Positions 25,240 through 37,900 of a DNA stretch of 64,000 nt are shown one piece after another. This stretch comes from Isurus oxyrinchus (taxonomy: Eukaryota). The stretch covers positions 62,001 through 126,000 of the forward strand of contig JANJGN010000724.1 of the NCBI GenBank assembly GCA_026770705.1, in the 5' to 3' direction. How positions within the stretch are numbered: the stretch's first letter is position 1; each line of letters opens with the position of its first letter. The position numbers and the translations under genes are program-made. Under the pieces are notes generated by a model that worked only from the letters and a program-made list of their open reading frames with translations, was not told where the DNA came from and did no database searches.

Positions 25240-27450
25240 TCGGAACAGGAGGAGGCCATTCAGCCCCCTCGAGCCTGCTACACAGGAACAAGAGAGCACC
25301 TGAAACAAAAACAGAAATGCTGGAGACTGAGTAGTTCTGGCAGCATCTGTGCAGAGATAAACAGAATTAACATTTCGAGTCCGTATGACCCTTCTTCAGA
25401 GTCTCAAAGCAAAAACTCTGTTTCTCTCTCCACAGCTGCTGCCAGACCTGCTGAGTTAATGCAGCATTTTCTGATTTTATTTAGATTTACAGCATCTGCA
25501 GTATTTATTTTTAATGAGAGGAGGACATTCAGCAGCTCAAGCCTGTTACACAGGAACAGGAGGAGGCCCATTCAGCCACTCAATCCTGTTACATGAGGAC
25601 AGGAGAAGGCCCATCAGCCTCATGAGCCTATTACACAGGAACAGGAAGAGGACATTCAGTCCCTCAACACCCTTCCACAGGAACAGGAGAGACTCTCAGC
25701 CCCTCGAGCCTGTTACACAGGAAAAGGAGGAGTCCTATTCAGCCCCATAGAGCCTGTAACACAGGAACAGGAGGAGGCCATTCAGTCACCTGAGCCTGTT
25801 ACCCAGGAACAGGAAGAGCACATTCAGTCTCTCAACCCTCTTACACAAGAATAGGAAACCTATGCAGTCCCTCGTGCCTGTTTTACAGGATCAAGAGGAG
25901 GCCCATTCAGCCCCCTCGAGCCTGTTACACAGGAAGAGGAGGAGGCCCATTCTGTCCCCTTGAGCCTGTTACACAGGTACAGGAGGCCCATTCAGCCTCC
26001 ACAAGCTTGTTACACAGGAACATTAGGGGCTCCATTCAGCCACTCAAGCCTGTTCCACATGAACGGGAACAAACACAAAAATAGCTGGAAAAACTCAGCA
26101 GGTCTGACAGGATCTGCGGAGAGGAACACACTTGACGTTTTGGGTCTGTATGACTCTTCATCAGAACTAAGGAAATCGAGAAATGAGGTGACGTTTTAGC
26201 TGGTAGAGGGGGTGGGACAGGCAGAGCTGGATTGTGGGCCAGTGATAGGTGGAGGTAAAGAAGAGGTTGCCAAAGATGTGATAGACAAAAGGACAAAGGG
26301 GTGTTGACGGTGGTGATATTATCTGAGGCATGTGCTAATGGGGACATTAAGGGTAGAAAGCAGGACGAGCAAGAGACAGATAGTCCTAGTGGGGGTGGGG
26401 TGGGGGAAAGGATTGAAATAGGCTAAAAGGTAGAGATACAACAACAGATGTAAAACATTTAAAAATAATGGAAATAGGTGGGAAAAGAAAAATATATCAA
26501 TAAAATAAATATTAAAAATGATAAATTAATGGAAAAGGGAGATTGGAAAGGGGGTGGGGATGGAGGAGAGAGTTCATGATCTGAAATTGTTGAACTCAAT
26601 ATTCAGTCCGGAAGGCTGTAAAGTGCCTGGTCGGAAGATGAGGTGCTGTTCCTCCAGTTTGTGTTGGGCTTCACTGGAACAATGCAGCAGGCCAAGGACG
26701 GACATGTGGGCATGAGAGCAGGGTGGGGTGTTAAAATGGCAAGCGACAGGGAGGTCTGGGTCATGCTTGTGGACAGACCGAAGGTGTTCATCAGAGCGAT
26801 CACCCAGTCTGTGTTTGGTCTGTCCCATGTAGAGGAGACCACATTGGGAGCAGTGAATGCAGTAGATTAAATTGAGGGAAGTGCAAGTGAAATGCTGCTC
26901 CCAATGATGCTCCTAATGTACTCGAGCCTGGTACACAGGAACTGGGGAAGGCCAATTCAGCCCCTTTAGCCTTTTACACAGGAACAGGAGGAGGCCCACT
27001 CAGCCCCATGAGCCTGGTACACAGTGAGAGAAGGAGGCCATTCAGCCCCCATGAGCCTGTTACACAGGAACAGGAGGAGGCCCATTCAGCCCCTCGAGCC
27101 TTTTACACAGGAACAGGAGGAGGCCCATTCAGCCCCTCGAGCCTGTTACACAGGAGCAGGAGGAGGCCCATTCAGCCCCTCAAGCTTGTTACACAGAAAC
27201 AGGAGGAGACCCATTGTGCCCCATGAGCCTGTTACACAGAAACAGGAGGAGGCCCATTCAGCCCCCTCGAGCCTGTTACACAGGAACAGGAGGAGGCCCA
27301 TTCTGTCCCCTTGATCCTGTTACACAGGAACAGGAGGAGGCCTATTCACCCTCCTCGTGCCTGTTACACAGGAACAGGAGTAGGCCCATTCACCCTCCTC
27401 GAGCCTGTTACACAGGAACAGGAGGAGGCCCAGTCAACCCCTCGAGCTTG
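25240..27450 (+). repeat. ~43-bp minisatellite (ACAGGAACAGGAGGAGGCCCATTCAGCCCCTCGAGCCTGTTAC)n interrupted by Penelope-derived sequence
   Basis: Degenerate tandem repeats; an inverted array of the same unit lies at ~45780-46190. Confidence 0.9.
26068..26900 (-). mobile_element. Penelope-like element 3' part (GIY-YIG endonuclease C-terminus)
   Basis: ORF 26574..26828: GQTKHRLGDR.DEHLRSV...PVACHFN...HKLEEQHLIFR.GTLQPSGLN. Confidence 0.85.
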
Positions 27451-27557
27451 TTGCATGTGAACAGTCAATGGCCCTTCAAAAACATTCTTGGCAAGCAAAG
27501 GGTTAACAGTTTTCTAACAGTGCGAGGCAAAGAGCATCTTTCTCACTTGGTACCAAG

Positions 27558-27705
27558 CACTTCCTCATTTTGACTCACAGTGACACATCCAAACTTTTTA
27601 ATTAAACACAAATAGGGAGCAGCACAGGAAGAGGTCATTCAGCCCAAGCAGAGCGTGTGGGCAGTTCCTCCCCAGGCGAGCAGTCGGACAGGTCGGGGGT
27701 AAGTA
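27558..27705 (+). promoter_or_regulatory. Upstream duplicate of the promoter/exon-1 module (gene B, distal)
   Basis: CACTTCCTCATTTTGACTCA ... ACAGGAAG ... GTAAGT at 27699. Confidence 0.55.
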
Positions 27706-28205
27706 ACGGAATGATTGGAAATCACGGGGGGAGTTCTGAGGGCTCCTAATCCATTGTCCTGTCTTGTAAATCAGCACCTTAATACTGACCCTTCAACAGT
27801 GCGGCACTCCCTCAGTACTGATCCTCCAACATTGCAGCACTCCCTGATTAATGTCCCTCTGACAGTGCAGCACTCCCTCAGTACTCACCCTCAAATAGTG
27901 GAGATCTCCATCAGTACTGATCTTACAATAGTGCAGTAATGACCATCCGACAGTGCAGCACTCCCTCAGTACTGACACTGGGCAGTTTCAGTCTACTCTG
28001 TGGGGCAGACGTCCCCTGAATGGGGTCTTGAATCCCACAACATTCTGACCCCCTGAATTTGGCTGTGAAACCCACTGACCCACAGGAGAAACTCCTGGTC
28101 AATGACTGTCCACCTGTGAGCAGAAATATCAACACAGGGTCAGGACACAAAGGGTTAACAGTTCACCAACATCTCAAAACATGAGCTGCTCTGTCACTTT
28201 GATCC

Positions 28206-28352
28206 AACTTCCTCATTTTGACTCACAGAGACACATCAACCCTTTCTCATTAAATACACAGAGGGAGCAGCACAGGAAGAGGTCATTCAGCCCAAGCAGA
28301 GTGTGTGGGCAGTTCCACCCCAGGTGAGCAGTCGGACAGGTCCTGGGTAAGT
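28206..28352 (+). promoter_or_regulatory. Promoter/exon-1 module of gene B (proximal)
   Basis: ACTTCCTCATTTTGACTCA ... donor GTAAGT at 28347; colinear with 3271-3417. Confidence 0.6.
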
Positions 28353-29538
28353 AACGGAACGATTGGAATTCACTTCCACCACCAACACCGTCCTTTGTTG
28401 ATGTTGTGACTTTATAAAGACAGATTCCAATGATTGATGCCTTTGAAAGATTTCTACTGATTATTGAGATCTGGGTGTGAGGCTCAAGTCTGTTGTACAG
28501 AACATCTTTCTAGCTCAGGGGATGAGGGAAGTGCAGAGACATGAGCTTTGGGATGCCCTGAGGTGGTGAAAGGTGCTATAGAAATGCAAATCCTTCATTG
28601 TTTGTCTTTCTTAAAGCCTTGTAACTCTCTGCAGAGCACCTATCATCCCACAGAGAATCAAATTAGTCTGTGAAGACATTGTCTAAAAGCAGTTCTGATC
28701 TCTCGAAAGGTGCTGGACAAGAGGTGAGGTCTCATTAACTCCTTTCTCTTTCACAGCTTGAGAGTGAGAAGTGGATGGAATATCTGGGAGTGGACAATAA
28801 TCGGGAAATCTACTTCCTCTTGTCACTTCTCCAAGGTAATATCATCGTCAGCTTGGACAGATTTATAGTTAACAGTCTTTGTAAAAGATCATTCTTATCT
28901 CTTTATCTCTGTAACCTCCTGCAACGCAACCAATCAACTTCCCAGGTCTCTGTGTTACTCCAATTCTGGCCTCTTGACCATCCCCCAATTCCCATCACTC
29001 CAATACTGGCGGCCGTGCCTACAGCTGCCTGGGGCCTGAGCTCTGGAATTCACTCCCTAAACCTCGGCGATGGAGGAGATCAGAGGGTTTCATTTTACTG
29101 AGAATCACCACGACCACATCACAGCTGCAGTGAGAATAGACAGAGAGTCCAGCCCTCGCACTTCCTGCACAGTTTCACCATAGCAACCACAATATGGTAA
29201 TTTAAAAATACTGAAAGTTAAACTGAAGCTCAGCCCATTCAGTGTTGAGAGATGAGATATTTACACAGTTTCCCTGTCTATCTTGTAGACACTGTGTTGG
29301 GTGGAAGACTGGCTTCACTAAAGAGAGTCCTGAGGACCATGAGGCAATGTAGAATGAACTTGTCCACTCCTGAGTCCAGGATTCTCTTCTATCTGTTGTG
29401 AAACCTTGGGGAGTTCCTTGTGTGTCCTGTAGATGGTCCACACTGCAGCCACTGTGCCCCAGTGATGGAAGGGGTGGATATCGAGTCTAGTGGATCTACA
29501 AACCATCCAGAGTCAAATATTGATATTTCTCTCCCCAG

Positions 29539-29912
29539 TTGGACTGTCACAAGAGTGGAAAGGTGACACTCCACGAGAGGTGACAGCGCAGGAAGGTTCG
29601 TATGTACAGATTCCATGTCATTACAGTTACTCATCAAATTTCGTAGGGAGATCACGTGCGGAATCAGGTTGAAAGGAATAGATGGGAACCCACAGCCTAA
29701 ATGGTCTATAGCCTTTCATTCCGAGGGTCACAATCACAGGGATCAAAGATTCCGCCATCGTACCCGGCTGTCTGGAGACCTGAAAGATGGCGACTGTTCC
29801 CTGATTATAAACAACATCAGACGGGAAGATGCAGGACCTTATTTTTTCAGAATAGAGTTTGACAGCAGGAATAGTTACAGCTACTATCCTGTAACCCGGC
29901 TTCACGTTTCTG
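29539..29912 (+). pseudogene. Gene B V-set exon, frameshifted
   Basis: Split across ORFs 29490..29672 and 29615..29992; retains GDLKDGDCSL and YFFRIE. Confidence 0.9.
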
Positions 29913-30435
29913 GTAAGTGCTGTGTTATAATTACTCAACAATTCACATCCAACACTCAGTGGGAAATAACACAAACTGTGACGTTTACATAATAACACAA
30001 AACACAGCTTATTATAACACACTGTCTGATTCTCAATAACCTGGTGATAACTTCCAGTTCAGTCCTAAAGCAACCTCTAAAAATCACTTTAATATCAATG
30101 ATGAAAAGCATTAACTGTACCGACACCCTTCATTCTACATCAGCACTCCCTCAGCGCTGACCCTCTGACAGTGCAGCCCGTTCTCAGTGTCCACATTCTC
30201 ATGCCTCTCAAAGTGCTTCACAGTCGATAGAAGTTAATTGATCTTTATTTGATTATTGCTGAATGAAGAGACAAGCTGTTTAAACTTTACATCTCGCACA
30301 CACCATTCTCCACGGCAACACCTCCACCTATCAGAGACCACTTGCCAACCAATCAGCACTGTCTTCCCATTAAGTATAAATTGCTGTTCACTTCCTGTTG
30401 GTAATCATGCGAACGTGCTTCTTGATTCCTGCCCT

Positions 30436-30588
30436 GACATCTTAATGTCCCAATGAACAGAAGAAGTTCCAACAATGAGCTGTGGTTGGTGATTCCTCAC
30501 GTTACATCCAGGGACACTGGAGACTATCAGTGTGTGGCAGAGAATGAACATGGAGCAGTGGAGGGGTTCATAACCATTACTGTGGAAT
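30436..30588 (+). pseudogene. 3' half of a 282-nt Ig exon (5'-truncated)
   Basis: HLNVPMNRRSSNNELWL...ITVE then GTGAGT; homology starts abruptly at GACATCTT. Confidence 0.88.
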
Positions 30589-32251
30589 GTGAGTGTACAC
30601 AGACTTCAACATCTCTCTCAGATTCGAATACTACACAAACACCCTCAAACGTACAGACCTAAATAGACACGTGCAGACACACATATATGACCACACACAA
30701 AGACACACTCACAAACAAACACACTAGCACAAGACTCCCTCATGGGTTACCTGACCTCCCTCAGTACTGCACTGGAGCGTGGGCTGAATTCTGGGATCTG
30801 TGTTCCCATTCATATTTATGGAAGAATATGGAAATTACTCGTACAAACACTCAGATGCATAGAGGCACTCATAGATACTCTCTGCTTCTCCAACTCTCTC
30901 TCTCCCTTTAAGGAGCTACCTGAAACCTAACCCTTTGACGAATAACTAGTCCCAACTCCTCTTTATCTGATTATGTGATTTTTTTGTGAATCTGAGAGTA
31001 AGAGAGAGTTGGAGAGGTTTAGTAAGAGAATTCCTGCTGATGAAAAGCTTACATCCTGTTCTCACTATTTCCGTGCCCATTATGTCCAAAGCCCCTGTTT
31101 ATAGTGATGACTGCCTATGTAAACGTCACACTGTAGTTACAGCCTCCCACCAGTGGTGGCATTGTAGCACTTAATCCTTGTGTTTCCCAGCTTTTCAAGC
31201 AAATCTACTTCCCAGTTTGCTACACAAGCTGTGAGTTCATCGGAATTCAATTATTTCTCAAACGGTAGATTTGATAATTCATTTTATTGAAAACTTCCTC
31301 AGCGCCTCCCTGAAGTGTTTACACTCTCCGGGAAGCAGGAATAGGCTGGATGTTGGGGACTTCATCTTTTCCCAGAGAGTAGTGATCCTCGGGAATGTGC
31401 TGTCAGTGGGTGTGGTGGTTGCTGTCTCTCTGTCACCTTCAAGAGGGATCTGGAGTGGTTACTGACTGGGGGAGAGATCATGGAAGCGGAGAATGATACA
31501 GCACAGGAGGAGGCCATTCAGCCCATTGTGCCTGTGCCAGGTCTTTCAATGTTCTATCCAATCAGATCCACTAACCACCACTCCACTTTGCCCCCATCTT
31601 CCTCCTTCAAGTGTTTATCCAATTTCCCTTTTGAAAGTTCCTATTGAATCTGCTTCCACCGCCCTTTCAGGCAGAACCTTCCAGATCACAACAACTCGCT
31701 CTGTCAAAACAAATTCTCCTCATCTCCCCCTCCGGTTCGTCAATCTGTGTCCCTCTGGTTACCGACCCTCCTGCCCCTTAAATACATCGATACTGTTCAC
31801 CTCAACCACTCCCTGTGGGATCGAGTTCCACATTCTCCCCTCTCTCTGGGTAAAGATTAGAACTGTTTATTAAGCGGGGGGTGTAAGTCCGTGGGGGAGT
31901 CCATCTCGATCCTCCCTGATTCGCACACACGTCCGAGATGGATTTCAACTCTGCACTAAACGTTTCCAGAATTTTCTACAGCACAATCCTGTACACAGTG
32001 ATGGAGAGAAACATTGGACAGGGAGTCCAACAGCACAATGATCCATTCTCACCAATGTTCCACGCTAAGGGGAAAGTTCCGATTGTCCACTCTTAGAGTG
32101 TTTACAATGAAAACATTCATTCCACATTGAATCCCAGTGGATGGGTCAATAATACAGCAAATGTTGCAGTGATATGAAGCTTGATTGTTCAGCCAGAGTG
32201 AGAGATTGAAAGCGGAGAGTCAGTGATGATTTCGTTCTGTGTGTTCTCTAG

Positions 32252-32391
32252 ACAGTGGAGGAGAGATTCTGCACGTGATCCTGATCCTGGGAATACGAGC
32301 TGTGATATTCCTTGTGGCTGTGGTTATCACTATCGCTGGAGTCTGTGTCTGGGAGAGACAAACAGTGAAAGGAAGTCGACAGACTGTTTGA
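32252..32391 (+). CDS. Gene B terminal Arg-TM exon (copy of 18-157)
   Basis: Same acceptor and frame; CGA at 32296-32298; only the P->T change seen. Confidence 0.75.
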
Positions 32392-32509
32392 AGCTTTGTA
32401 CAGCAACAATCTGGTCAGTCAGTGCGGACAAATAACGTGTGATGTTGGGTTAAGTGTAATGAAACTGGTCAGTGTCCTGGTTAGAATCACCTTCGTATCA
32501 GAGAGGCAT

Positions 32510-33100
32510 TCCAGGACAGTGGGAGACCATTCAGCCCATTGAGTCCATGTTGTCTCTCTGTAGAGCAATCCACTCAGTCCCATTCCCCCGCTCTATCCCC
32601 GTATCCCTGCAAGTTTATTTCCCCTCAAGTGTCCATCCAATTTCCTTTTGAAATTGTTCATCGTCTCCGCTTCCACCATCCTCGTAGGCAGCGAGTTCCA
32701 GCTCATTACCACTCGCTGTGTAAAAAAGTTCCTCCTCACATCCCCCCTCTGCCCAAAACCTTCAATCTGTGTCCCCCAGTCCTTGTCCCATCAGCTAATG
32801 GCAACAGCTTCTCTTTGTCTACCTGATCTAAACCCATCATCATCTTGTACACCTCGATCAGATCCCCCCTCAATCTCCTTTGCTCCAAGGAGAACAACCC
32901 CAGCTTCTCCAACCCAACCTTGTAGCTAAAATCCCTCATCCCTGGACCCATTCTGCTCAATCTCCTCCCCACCCTCTCAAGGACCCTCACTTCCTTCCCA
33001 AAGTGAGGAGACCAGAACTGGACACAATGCTCTAGCTGTGACCTAACCAGAGCTTTATAAATGTTCAGCATAACCTCCCTGTGTTTGTACTCAATCCCTC
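32510..33100 (-). mobile_element. CR1 fragment, co-duplicated with 280-870
   Basis: ORF 32736..33161 is nearly identical to 503..928. Confidence 0.85.
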
Positions 33101-33816
33101 GATTTATGAAAAGCTTATTCTTTCCATCAGCACAAACAGCAATTTCCAAGCGGACTCCCATCAGCAGACAGAGTGCAATGAAACATCGGCATGCCTGCTT
33201 CTTAATGTACGGAGAGAATCCTGGAACGAGAGATTCTCCTTCTTCTCCTCAGCAAGCTGAAACTTTTCCTTATACCTGGTGCTCCCCAGTCCTGCTGTGT
33301 GGACACATCATAACCACGGCATTGTCTGTCTGTGTGCAGCCAACATGGTCGAATAGGAATGAACAGAAATGTGACGTTGCTAAACTCTGTTCTCTGATTG
33401 GAATGTGCTTTCTGAATGCTGCACCTTTTTCATGCTGCGATAGATTGTAAGAAGCATTTGGGTTATGAATAAAATTACATTGATTAACTCAAGTGATTAA
33501 AATGTTCAGGCTGTTCTGTAGATATTTAAAGATTAAAATTCTTGTTTTGCTGCAAAATACTTGGCTCAAAGACATTACTTCATGTTGTCACGTTTTCCAA
33601 TCAGATGAATTCCTCTGTCCATCTTTATAATAGAAATTTCCAATGTAAACATGTCACATTGTAGCTGCACAAACTTGCCAGTGGCTGGTGTGATATCAAA
33701 GCTGTCTTGCTGTCGAGAAACAGCGAGAAATATTCCTGTTGTGTGCATGAACTTCATGTTAGCATGAGACACAGGCATCAGATGCAATTTTGTGCAATTT
33801 GTACAATGTTCTTTAG

Positions 33817-34100
33817 ACAGCGCAGCACTCCCTCAGTACTGACCCTCCAACAGCGCAGCACTCCCTCAGTTCAGACCCTCCTACAGTGCAGCACTCCTTC
33901 AGATCAGACCCTCCGACAATGCAGCACTCCCTCAGTTCAAACCATCCGACAGTGCAGCACTCCCTCAGTTCAGACCCTCCGACTGTGCAGCACTCCCTCA
34001 GTTCAAACCCTCAGACAGTGCAGCACTCCCTCAGTTCAGACCCTCCGACAGTGCAGCACTCCCTCAGTACTGAACCTCCGACAGTGCCGCACTCCCTCAG
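33817..34100 (+). repeat. 33-bp family minisatellite
   Basis: CAGTGCAGCACTCCCTCAGT.CAGACCCTCCGA repeats. Confidence 0.9.
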
Positions 34101-35595
34101 TTCTTCTCCGCCGATGCTGCCAGACCTGCTGAGTTTTCCCAGGTATTTCTGTTTCTGTTTCTGTTTTGAATTTCCAGCATCTGCAGTTGTTTTGATTTTA
34201 GTGCTGGGCAGTTCCTCAGCAAGGATTCGGGCCACAAAACATTGCGAGTGCTGTGGGTCTGCGCCACGATTTAGAGAGCTGTGCTTGGCACGCCTATTCT
34301 AGTCCCAGTCCAGTGTGGTGGGGACAGCCTGGCAGTCCTGGGTTGGTGGTGCCCAGCATGGTGTGCAGGACGTGGTCAGTCGCTCACACACGTCGGTCCT
34401 GGGGGTGGGTGGCTTGATACTAGGCCGCAGGTGGCACAATCCCAGTCAGGGGAGGCATCTGCAGCCTGTCAGTGGGGAGCAGGTAATATAGAGGGTAGGG
34501 GTGGGGGTGGGAATCGAGGGGGGCCGGTGGTCTCTGTAAGTCACAGTACAATGGGCCTCTAGTTGGAGAGAGGTCAGGTCTACATGGGGCATTGGGATGT
34601 CAACATCAGACAGTCTAGGGAGGAGGACTGGGATGTCAACCCCGAACACAATAAGATCAAGGATTAGAGAGGAAGGGAGGAGACTGATTGGAAGGAGGGG
34701 AATGTGCACATTATGCTCCTCCAGCACGATGGGAGGGACTGTGATGGTTACGGGGGTGGGGGGGGTGAAGTGGGAGGGGATAGACGCTTACCTGGTGGTA
34801 TTGCCTCAGCCTCACCCTTTTTCAAGCTGATCCAATGTCGCAGTTGAAGAATAAGCTACAAAACAAATTGGCAGGGGAGGTCTCCCAGGGCCTGTGGGAG
34901 ACATCACCCACTGCATCTTTGGCCTGTTTGAAGGGGCACCCGAACAATTCCGGCTTTTCCAAATGATGAGGAAGACACAGCTGCACCCCGAGTCCCCTAC
35001 TGGGGATCCAGAAGGTTGCAATAGCGCTGCGAGGGACTCATGGGCTCCACAGTGACTCCCTAATTAGCGACTGGAAGGTTTATGTTCATTTATCTTTATT
35101 ATCCGTTCATATTGAGCAATGGAGCTCCTGATCTGACACCTTTCTGTACCTCGTCCAATGCTTCTGTTATCAGGACTTCCACATCGATGTGAAAGAGCCA
35201 TGATGATAGCAGACAGTCGCACAATGGGAATGGCACTAGGCCAGTGATCCAGAGGCCCAGGTGAATGCTTTGGAGGTACGGGTTCAAATCCCACCACGGC
35301 AGCTGGAGGAATTTCAATTCGATTAATCAATAAATTTAATTGATTGATACATTTTTTTCTTATTCATTTCAGGGATGTTGGTGTCGCTGACTAGGCCAGT
35401 ATTTGTTGCCCATCCCCATTTGCCTTTGAGAACATATGGATATCTGAGTTAGGATCAGGAGAAGGTCACTCAGTCCCTCGAACCTGCTCCGCCATTCAGT
35501 AAGATCATGGCTGATCTGATTGTCACCTCAACCTCACATTCCTGCCTACCCCCAATGACCTTTCACCCCATTGTTAATCAAGAATCTATCTAGCT

Positions 35596-37565
35596 CTGTG
35601 GAAGGGGAGCCAATCAATCGGGCTGCTTTGTCCTGGATGGTGTCAAGCTTCTTGAGTGTTGTTGGAGCTGCACTCATCCAGGCATGTGGAGAGTATTCCA
35701 TCACACTCCTGACTTGTGCGTTGTAGATGGTGGACAGGATTTGGGGAGTCAGGAGGTGAGTTACTGTCTGCAGGGTTCCCAGCCTCTGACCTGCTCTTGC
35801 AGCCACAGTGTTTATATGGCTGGTCCAGTTCAGTTTCTGCTCAATGGTAACTCCCAGGATGTTGATATTGGGGGATTCAGTGATGGTAATGCCATTGAAT
35901 GCCAAGGGGCAATGGTTATGAATGGTCTGTGGGATATTCTGGTACAAAATGTCAACACTCGGACTCCAGATGCAATATTCAAGTGGTTCCTTTATTAGGC
36001 ATGTGGGGAGCAAACGCTGAGCAGTCCAGGCGCTTCTCCACCGAAGTTCAAATGAGCACAGTTTATATATTTTTTACTCTCAGTTACAAGGTAATGGTAT
36101 TAGTTAGACAAAGGCCACAGCACAATGACCCTCCGGTGGGCTGATAATTGTGTTCTTGTACAGTAATTACAGGGCAGAGACTGGCTATTGTCCTTTTGAG
36201 ACAGCAAAGAATCTATGTTTGTTCGATACAAAAGGTTTCCGGAGGCTGACTGGATGTGGTTCAAGGCCATCGGACGGTGTGAAATAACCTTCCCCAATTC
36301 TTGATTGAGTCACCCTGTGTCCTTGTGTGTGTGTCTCCCATTTCCTCATTGCAAATTTCCAGCTGAGCCCTTTGTACAGGTTTTTAGCTTTCACGTAAGG
36401 ATGTGATTGTCTGTGTACGCTTTGTCACCCTAGCTGCTGGTCCTGGCTGGCTCTTTAAAATAAATTCAAATTTTCTGTGCCTTCAGTTAGATTCTCTCTT
36501 GTTGGAGCTGGTCATTGCCTGGCACTTGTGTGGCATGAATGTTACTTGTCACCTGTCAGCCCAAGCCTGGATGTTGTCCAGGTCTTGCTGCATTTGGACA
36601 TAACTTGCTTCAGTATCTGAGGAGCCATGAATGATGCTGAACATTGTGCAAACATCAGCAAACATCCCCACTTCTGACCTTATGATGGAAGGAAGGTCAT
36701 TGATGAAGCAGTTGAAGATGTTTGAGCCTAGGACACTACCCTGAGTAACTCCTGCAGTGATGTCCTGGAACTGAGATGATTGACCCCCAACAATCACAAC
36801 CATCGTCCTTTGTGCTGGGTATGACTCCAAGCAGCGGAGAGTTTTCCCCCGATTCCCATTGACTCCAGTTTTGCTCGGGCTCCTTGTTTTGCCACACTCA
36901 GTCAAATGCTGCCTTGATGTCAAGGGCAGTCCCTCTCACCTCACCTCTGGAGTTCAGCTCATTTGTGCATGTTTGAACCAAGGCTGTAATGAGGCCAGGA
37001 GCTGAATGATCCTGGTGGAACACAAACTGAGCGTCAGTGAGCAGGTTCTTGGTAAGCAGGTGCTGCTTGCAAGCGCTGTTGATGACCCCTTCCATCACTT
37101 TAGTAATGATCAAGAATAGACTGCTGGGGAATTGGCTGGGTTGGATTTGTCCTGCTTTTTGTGTACAGGACGTACCCCATAGCCGGGTAGTTGCCAGTGT
37201 TGCAGCTGTACTAGAAAATTCCAGAAAAGTTTGGCTAGGGGCGCAGCAAGTTCTGGAGCACAAGTCTTCAGTACTATTGCCAGAATATTGTCAGGGCCTG
37301 GAGCCTTTGCAATATCCAGTGCCTTCAGCCCTTTCTTGATGTCACGTGGAATTAATCGAATTGGCTAAAGATTGGCATCTCTGATGCTGGGGACCTCCGG
37401 AGGAGGCCGAGATGGATCACCCACTCAGCACTTCTGGCTGAAGATTGTTGCGCATGCTTCAGTCTTGTCTTTTGCACCGATGTGCTGGGCTCCTCCATCA
37501 TTGAGGATGGGGATATTTGTGGAGCCTCCTCCTCCAGTGAGTTGTTTAATTGTCCACGACTGGAT
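35596..37565 (-). mobile_element. Degenerate non-LTR retrotransposon (CR1/L2/jockey-group RT), interrupted at ~35925-36485
   Basis: ITAGVTQGSVLG..IFNCFINDLPSIIRSEVGMFAD, ALDIKAAFD and AQVRSVMEYS motifs in ORFs 35546..37688. Confidence 0.88.
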
Positions 37566-37574
37566 GTGACATCT

Positions 37575-37900
37575 GGAATGCGAAGCTAGTCTCAGTAATG
37601 GTGACCATGAAACTAAGGCCAATTGTTGTAAAAACCCATCTGGGTCACTAATGCCCTTTGGGGAAGGAAACCTGCCGTCCTTACCCATTCTGGCCTACGT
37701 GTGACTCCTGACCCACAGCAATGTGGTTGACTCTTAACTTGCCCCTGAAATGGCCGAGCAAGCCACTGAGTTATATCAAAACCCGCCACAGACCAGTCAA
37801 ACCAGGTGAACTGCAGCACTTCGAAAAGGCAGCTCAGCACCCCCTTCTCAAGGGGTCAGTCAGGAACAGGTAACAAACGCTGTCCACATCCCGTGAAAGA
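37575..37900 (+). mobile_element. Shark-type SINE body sharing its 3' tail with the LINE family
   Basis: GGTGACCATGAAACT...AAAACCCATCTGG.TCACTAATGCCCTT...ACCCACAGCAATGTGGTTGACTCTT; an inverted copy with a tRNA-like head lies at ~44780-45110. Confidence 0.6.

Larger units (their letters stand above)
28775..32391 (+). pseudogene. Gene B: Siglec-like activating-type pseudogene (leader 28775-28835; V 29539-29912; partial Ig 30436-30588; Arg-TM 32252-32391)
   Basis: V exon is 374 nt (1-nt deletion near 29659, premature TGA) with Cys->Tyr and Trp->Arg. The domain-2 exon is absent and the Ig exon lacks its 5' half and acceptor. Confidence 0.85.

Noticed and set aside
25240-27450. CRISPR-like appearance of the 33-, 37- and 43-bp repeat arrays
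   Set aside because: Head-to-tail repeats without unique spacers, no cas genes, and eukaryotic spliced-gene context
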